This document shows, piece by piece, positions 58,686 to 64,000 of a DNA stretch of 64,000 nucleotides (positions within the stretch are counted from its first letter, which is position 1; the number at the start of each line of letters is the position of its first letter). The position numbers were made by a program, and so were the translations under genes. The notes below the pieces were generated by a model that saw nothing but the letters and a program-made list of their open reading frames with translations, was not told the DNA's origin and made no database searches. This DNA is from Nitrospinota bacterium (GTDB lineage Bacteria > UBA8248): the NCBI GenBank assembly GCA_036231405.1, contig JAZAHK010000003.1, positions 96,001 to 160,000 on the forward strand, read 5' to 3'.

Positions 58686-59777
58686 TTATGGACCTACTAT
58701 TACTTCTCCTCTTTCTCCCCCAGCCACTTCCCCTATTATGGCCGAAAAAGAAGAACCAGTTGAAATCAACTGCTGCAGCATTTCCTCCGATTTTGAAGGT
58801 TCCACAGCAATGATTAATCCTCCAGATGTTTGTGCATCATTCAAAACTGCAATCATGTTTTCATCTAATTTTTCTGAGTAGGAAACAAAGGAACGAGTCC
58901 ACTCTCTGTTTCTTTCTCCACCTCCTACTGTACCAGAAACTGCATCGGGCAAAATTCCTTCAAAAATTGGAACATTTGAGAATGAGATTCTTGCGCTAAC
59001 CCCGCTAGCTTCAAGTACATTATGTAGATGCCCCAACAAACCAAAACCAGTTACATCGGTACACGCGTTCACTGGAAACTTTCTCATGACCTCACTGGAA
59101 ATTTTATTCAAAGTTTTCATAGATACAACCGCTTCATCAAAAACCCCTTCCTTTAATTTGCTATTTCCAGATATGAGGGCTTTAGAGATTTTTTTTATAG
59201 ACCCAGTTTTTTTGTTTAAATTTGTGACTATTCCTGTCCCTATTTTTTTCGTCAAAATTAAAATGTCTCCGGGTTTTGCTCCGTTATTTAGAATCATATC
59301 TTTCGGATCTATAACTCCAGTCACTGCGATTCCATACTTTGGCTCTTGGTCATCAACACTATGACCTCCTAAAATAACAGCACCCGATTCACGAACTTTT
59401 TCAGAACCTCCTGAAAGGATCAAACTTAAAATATCCATACCTAAATGACATGGGAAAGAAACTAGACTAAGAGCAGTAACTGGTTTAGCGCCTATAGTAT
59501 AACAATCGCTAAGAGCATTCGCTGCAGCTATCTGTCCAAAATCAAATGGGTCGTCAACGATTGGGGTAAAAAAATCAACTGTCTGCACAATTGCTAAATC
59601 TTCTTTTAATTTATAGACCCCAGTATCATCACAAGGATTTGTCCCGTAGATTAAATTTGGGTCCACAAATGGTTCAAATCCTGACAGTGCTTTTCTAAGG
59701 TCCTCCGGACCAATTTTTGAACCTCAACCACCAGCCTTGACCATGCTTGTCAAAAACACTTTCTTTTCGCTGTTCAT
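58686..59777 (-). CDS. selD: Selenide, water dikinase, selenocysteine-containing (U18)
   Basis: MNSEKKVFLTSMVKAGG-TGA-GSKIGP continues in frame into DDTGVY, QTVDFFTP, ANALSD, GGHS, TDVTGFGLLGH, DAQTSGG; GAGG RBS upstream of ATG 59777. Confidence 0.95.
59699..59711 (-). promoter_or_regulatory. Putative bacterial SECIS element of selD
   Basis: GGTCC-GGA-GGACC hairpin after a 12-nt spacer 3' of the in-frame TGA (59724-59726); G-first apical loop. Confidence 0.65.
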
Positions 59778-59917
59778 AAATAAACCTCAATAAAACATTT
59801 TACAAAAATATAGTTTTATTATCATAGAAAGAAAAGGATTATAAAACCTTGAAAATTAAATACAGTTCCATTTGTAAAAAAAAACGAAACGAAATGTTTT
59901 TTTTAATTTAATATTAG

Positions 59918-59931
59918 TAAAATCGATTTTA
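59918..59931. promoter_or_regulatory. Palindromic operator-like site
   Basis: Perfect 14-bp palindrome TAAAATCGATTTTA ending 33 nt before ATG 59965. Confidence 0.35.
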
Positions 59932-59964
59932 TCAAAAATTGTGAATATATGAGGCAAAGTAGAT

Positions 59965-60933
59965 ATGAAAATTATTATTTCCGATGATTATCAGAGAGCA
60001 ATCGAATCTCTGGAATGTTTTAAAAAGGTTGCACATCACAATGTGACAATTCATAACAATACCGTATATGGAACTGAAGAATTAGCGAAAAGGTTTTATA
60101 ACGCAGAAGGAATAGTGCTTATAAGACAGCGTACAAAGATAAATAAAGAACTCCTATCGAAACTCCCAAATTTAAAAATTATCAGTGCTACTGGCGCAAA
60201 TTATAGAGGTCATATAGACGTAAAAGCGTGTTCAAAATACAAAGTGGCAGTTGCGGCAGGAGGAAGCGGGACACGTTCAACCTGTGAGTTAGCTTGGGGA
60301 CTCATACTCTCATACATGCGATCCATTCCAAAAGAAGTTTTGAACTTAAAAAGTGGTGGATGGCAAAGCACTTTAGGAGAAGATTTGAGTGGAAAAACCC
60401 TGGGAATATACGCTTACGGAAAAATTGGGAAACAAATGGGACAAATTGCAAAAGCATTCAACATGGATATTCTTATTTGGGGGAGAGAATCATCGCGTGA
60501 AAAAGCAAAAGAAGATGGATTTGCATTCGCTGAAAATAGAGAGTTTTTCTTTTCAAACTCCGATGTCATAAGTATTCACTTGCCTTTAAAAGAAGATACT
60601 ACAGGCATTATAAATTCAATTGATTTTTCCCTCATGAAGAAGAATTCTCTTTTTGTAAATACAAGTCGTGCAAAGATCATAAAAACTGGAGATTTAGAGA
60701 AAGCTCTGATAAAAGGAAGACCTGGTTTTGCATGTGTTGATGTCTACGAAGAAGAACCAGTCTATAATTCACAAAATGCCTTGATTCAAATGAAAAATAC
60801 AATATGTACTCCCCATTTAGGATACGTTACCAGAGAAACATATGAGAAATATTTTGGGCTTGCTTTTGACCAGATTAACGCTTTTTGCGAAGGAAAGCCG
60901 ATCAATCTGGTAAACCCAGAAGTTTTAAAATAA
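59965..60933 (+). CDS. D-isomer-specific 2-hydroxyacid dehydrogenase
   Basis: LPNLKII, GKTLGI.AYG.IG, SDVISIH.PL, VNTSR, DVY..EP, TPHLG. Confidence 0.92.
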   Translation: MKIIISDDYQRAIESLECFKKVAHHNVTIHNNTVYGTEELAKRFYNAEGIVLIRQRTKINKELLSKLPNLKIISATGANYRGHIDVKACSKYKVAVAAGGSGTRSTCELAWGLILSYMRSIPKEVLNLKSGGWQSTLGEDLSGKTLGIYAYGKIGKQMGQIAKAFNMDILIWGRESSREKAKEDGFAFAENREFFFSNSDVISIHLPLKEDTTGIINSIDFSLMKKNSLFVNTSRAKIIKTGDLEKALIKGRPGFACVDVYEEEPVYNSQNALIQMKNTICTPHLGYVTRETYEKYFGLAFDQINAFCEGKPINLVNPEVLK

Positions 60934-60969
60934 AATTACCATACAAAATTAATAGATAGGGGAATAGTT

Positions 60970-62112
60970 GTGGATTTCGAATTTGATGAAAAACAAAAAT
61001 TAATGCAAAAAACTCTGGATGATTTGCTAAAAAGAGTTTGTCCGCAAGAATATTCTATGGAATGTGATGAGAAAGGGGAAGCCCCCATGGAAGCCTATAA
61101 AGAAATGGCTAAAGATGGATGGGTTGGGGTTTCTACTCCAGAAGAATATGGAGGCATGGGGGGAAATGAAATAGATATGTCCATAGTATTAGAAACTGCG
61201 GGTCATCATTATTTGGATTTAGGAACTATGATTTTCCGTAATATCTGCTATGGCTGCGATGCAATTTTGGCAAGTGGCACAGCTGAGCAGAAGAAAAAAT
61301 TTGTTACATCGACAGTCAAGGGAGAAGCTTTTTTTGCGTTTAGTTTAACCGAACCTGATGCAGGCTCTGATGCAGCTTCCATTATTACTCGAGCGGACAG
61401 GGAGCAGAATGTTTTCAAAATTACCGGAACAAAAAATTACACCTCCGGTATGCCTATAGCAACAGACATTTTGGTTGCAGTTCGAACCGATAAAAAAGCA
61501 GAGAAACATAAGGGAATTACAAACTTCATTATCCCCGCAGACAGGGAAGGAATCGTGTGGAAAAAACTTCGTCTAATGGGTCATAGAGCGATGGGAACCT
61601 GCGAAGTTCATTACAATGGGGTCGAAGCATTCGACAAAGAAATTTTAGGGAACCTAGATGATGGATGGAATGGTTTGATGAAATACATTACAACTGAGAG
61701 ACTTTGCCTTTCTGCCGCAAGAACAGGGGCTGCCGCTAATGCTCTTCAAATGGCTATAAAACATGCACAAGAGCGACACCAATTTGGAAAACCTATTGGA
61801 AAATTTCAGGCAGTCAGTCATATGATAACTGAAATGCATACCCTAGTGGATACTGCAAGATTACAAGTATATAGATTCGCGTGGCTTGCATCTGAAGGAA
61901 AGGCTGGAAGATTGGAAGCCGCAACTCTTAAACTTTATGCAGCTGAAGCATATAAGAAGGTCGCTGATTTGGGTGTCCAAGTACTTGGAGGATACGGATA
62001 TAGTGCAGAATTCCCAATGGAAAGACATTATAGAGACGCTCGTCTTGCAACCATAGGTGCAGGTTCGAGTGAAATTCAAAGGAATATTATAGCAAAAGAA
62101 TTAGGTCTCTAG
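60970..62112 (+). CDS. Acyl-CoA dehydrogenase
   Basis: PEEYGG, SLTEPDAGSD, G.K, R.QFGKPI..FQ, GGYGY..E...ER..RD. Confidence 0.95.
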   Translation: MDFEFDEKQKLMQKTLDDLLKRVCPQEYSMECDEKGEAPMEAYKEMAKDGWVGVSTPEEYGGMGGNEIDMSIVLETAGHHYLDLGTMIFRNICYGCDAILASGTAEQKKKFVTSTVKGEAFFAFSLTEPDAGSDAASIITRADREQNVFKITGTKNYTSGMPIATDILVAVRTDKKAEKHKGITNFIIPADREGIVWKKLRLMGHRAMGTCEVHYNGVEAFDKEILGNLDDGWNGLMKYITTERLCLSAARTGAAANALQMAIKHAQERHQFGKPIGKFQAVSHMITEMHTLVDTARLQVYRFAWLASEGKAGRLEAATLKLYAAEAYKKVADLGVQVLGGYGYSAEFPMERHYRDARLATIGAGSSEIQRNIIAKELGL

Positions 62113-62154
62113 TAATTATCTATAAAAATCAAAAAATACAGGAGCAAGAAGGAA

Positions 62155-62622
62155 ATGCCGCTTGATATGAAAGTACTAGATATGGATTTCCCTGAATTTG
62201 AAATTTTAGTTGAAAGAGGAAAAATCAGGGAATACGTATCAGTTTTAGGATTGGAAGATCCAGTTCACTTTGATGTGCAAGCCGCAAAGGATGCAGGCTA
62301 CAACGACTTGTTAGCACCTGCGACTTTTACGAGACAATTCTGGCATGAAAATAACGAAAACGACCCTATGCAACATTTAGGATATGATCCTAAAAGACGA
62401 CTGCACGGAGAACAAGAATTTGAGTACTTCAAACCATTAACTGCAGGAATGAAAATAATTGGGAAAAATGTCATCGTCTCCCATAAAGAAAAAGAAGGGA
62501 AACGGGGAGGAAAAATGACCTTTGTCGTAATTGAGACTAAATTTCTAGACGAGTCAGGAGAACTAGTGCAAATAGCAAGAAGAACTCTGATTGAAACGGC
62601 TGCTCCTCCAAAAACTGAATAA
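62155..62622 (+). CDS. MaoC-family dehydratase N-terminal-type subunit (HadA-like)
   Basis: VERGKIREY, APATF, LHGEQEFEY..P, KEGKRGG.MTF. Confidence 0.88.
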   Translation: MPLDMKVLDMDFPEFEILVERGKIREYVSVLGLEDPVHFDVQAAKDAGYNDLLAPATFTRQFWHENNENDPMQHLGYDPKRRLHGEQEFEYFKPLTAGMKIIGKNVIVSHKEKEGKRGGKMTFVVIETKFLDESGELVQIARRTLIETAAPPKTE

Positions 62623-62636
62623 AGGAAATTTTTACA

Positions 62637-63062
62637 TTGGCTTTTCATAGAGAAAAAAACACATGGGATAAACTTAAAGAGGGTGAAGAAAAGGAACTTA
62701 CCGTAGGTCCTATAACCAGAACGGATCTGGTGAAATATGCGGGGGCAAGTGGAGATTTCAATCCTAACCATCACGACGAAATTTACTCGATTCGTTCTGG
62801 TTTTAAAAAACCATTTGCACACGGTATGCTACAGGGAGGTATCCTTAGTCGTTTGATCAGTGATTGGTTTGGCGTAGGGGCATTGCGTTATTTTAAATTA
62901 CGTTTTAGTGCACAAACTTGGCCAGGTGATACGATCATTTGCAAAGCTAGAATAATTAAAAAATTGGAAGACGAAAAATATTTAGAAATAGAAGCAGAAG
63001 CAAAAAACGAGGATGAAATGATCTTAATCAAGGCTTCTGCAAAAGTGGAAATCAAAACATGA
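62637..63062 (+). CDS. MaoC family dehydratase (HadB-like)
   Basis: LVKYAGASGDFNPNHHD, FAHGM, WPGD. Confidence 0.9.
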   Translation: MAFHREKNTWDKLKEGEEKELTVGPITRTDLVKYAGASGDFNPNHHDEIYSIRSGFKKPFAHGMLQGGILSRLISDWFGVGALRYFKLRFSAQTWPGDTIICKARIIKKLEDEKYLEIEAEAKNEDEMILIKASAKVEIKT

Positions 63063-64000
63063 AGTTTTTGGAAGATTACAGGATTATAGATCTAGGACAA
63101 GTGATTGCAGGAACCATTGGCGGACTTATCCTCGCCGATTTCGGAGCAGACGTTATAAAGGTTGAATCGCCAAGCGGAGATATAGGTAGGAATCCTAATA
63201 TCGCAGGTGTTGGCGATGTTTCAGGTATCTTTCTTACCTTTAATAGAGGTAAAAAAGGAATAGTTATTGATCTTAAAAGTGAGGATGGAAAAAAAGTTTT
63301 CCTAGATTTGGTTGCTGTATCTGACGCTGTTATTGCAAATTTCCGACCTGGAACACTAGACCGTCTCGGAATAGGTTTCCAAGAAATGAAAAAACACAAT
63401 TCTGAAATAATATTTATAGACTCTAGCGGATACGGCGAAGAAGGTCCCTGGAAAGACAAACCTGCTTTTGACGTTGTTGAACAAGCCATGAGCGGCCATA
63501 TGGCTATTACAGGAGAACCAGGAGGACCTCCGTTAAGAAATGGATCTCCCACGGCAGATATTTCAACTGCCCTATACACGGCTATAGCGTGTATGGCAGG
63601 ACTGCTTGGGAAACAAAAAGGAAAGGGAGCAAAACATCTTGAAGTACCTATGTTTGATGTACAACTCGCCATGCTTGGATACATCGCTACAATGTATCTA
63701 AACAATGGAGATATACCTGAACCACCAGGAAGTGCACACGAATATATGGTCCCCTATCAAGCGTTTCCAACTGCAACCATTCACATTGTTTTATCTCCAA
63801 GGGAGGAACGTTTCTATAAGAAAATGTGTGAAGTTATGGGAATCCCAGAATACGCTACTGATCCACGATTTATTACCAACGATTTACGTGTAAAAAATAA
63901 AGACGAACTGTTGCCTAAAATAGAAGAGATTCTTCTCCAAAAACCTGGAGAAGAATGGTGCATATTGTTCGAAAATGCTGGGGTACCTTCCGCCCCTGTA
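63059..64000 (+). CDS. CaiB/BaiF class III CoA-transferase (3'-partial, missing from the ORF track)
   Basis: MKFLEDYRIIDLGQVIAG...LADFGADVIKVESP.GD, NRGKK, NFRPG, SGYG..GP, PTAD (catalytic Asp); ATGA overlap with the upstream stop; frame open to the window end. Confidence 0.93.
   Translation, partial: MKFLEDYRIIDLGQVIAGTIGGLILADFGADVIKVESPSGDIGRNPNIAGVGDVSGIFLTFNRGKKGIVIDLKSEDGKKVFLDLVAVSDAVIANFRPGTLDRLGIGFQEMKKHNSEIIFIDSSGYGEEGPWKDKPAFDVVEQAMSGHMAITGEPGGPPLRNGSPTADISTALYTAIACMAGLLGKQKGKGAKHLEVPMFDVQLAMLGYIATMYLNNGDIPEPPGSAHEYMVPYQAFPTATIHIVLSPREERFYKKMCEVMGIPEYATDPRFITNDLRVKNKDELLPKIEEILLQKPGEEWCILFENAGVPSAPV

Noticed and set aside
63076-63705. 209-aa minus-strand ORF in the track
   Set aside because: Antisense shadow of the CaiB/BaiF CoA-transferase on the plus strand.
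1-64000. Genome-wide TGA reassignment (genetic code 4 or 25) as the explanation for in-frame TGA
   Set aside because: Many genes end at TGA at family-typical lengths with ATGA overlaps (cysE/iscS, dxs/tlyA, xseA/xseB), so TGA is a normal stop.
1-64000. CRISPR arrays, IS elements, prophage or defence systems
   Set aside because: No regularly spaced repeats, and no transposase, integrase, phage or recognisable defence genes were seen.

Overview
AT-rich bacterial chromosomal window, densely coding in the standard genetic code. I found no integrase, transposase, CRISPR array or rRNA. Housekeeping genes: gltBD, metF, fumC, acnA, rlmN, nth, folD-xseA-xseB-ispA-dxs-tlyA, cysE-iscS-iscU, greA, maf, ispB-like, thiI, msrA, selD and two divergent tRNAs (Lys-TTT, Thr-CGT). 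These alternate with catabolic or redox clusters of unknown substrate. Two points go beyond the supplied ORF track: selD is a selenoprotein (start 59777, in-frame TGA in a U-G-S-K motif, SECIS-like hairpin), and a class III CoA-transferase runs off the right edge. Best candidates for undescribed biology: (i) a Tat-less Mo/W-bisPGD enzyme with a DmsB-like polyferredoxin fused at its N-terminus, plus a four-His membrane partner; (ii) a roughly 8 kb operon with a tandem-CMD protein, a GGT-fold amidase lacking the glutamate-binding residues, four hot-dog dehydratase subunits, an ADP-forming acyl-CoA ligase and reductases; (iii) a tiny ORF behind tRNA-Lys with an RBS, an in-frame TGA, a SECIS-positioned hairpin and a terminator; (iv) an SOD whose motifs resemble thaumarchaeal SODs as I recall them. 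All functional calls come from motif recognition by eye; no database search was run.
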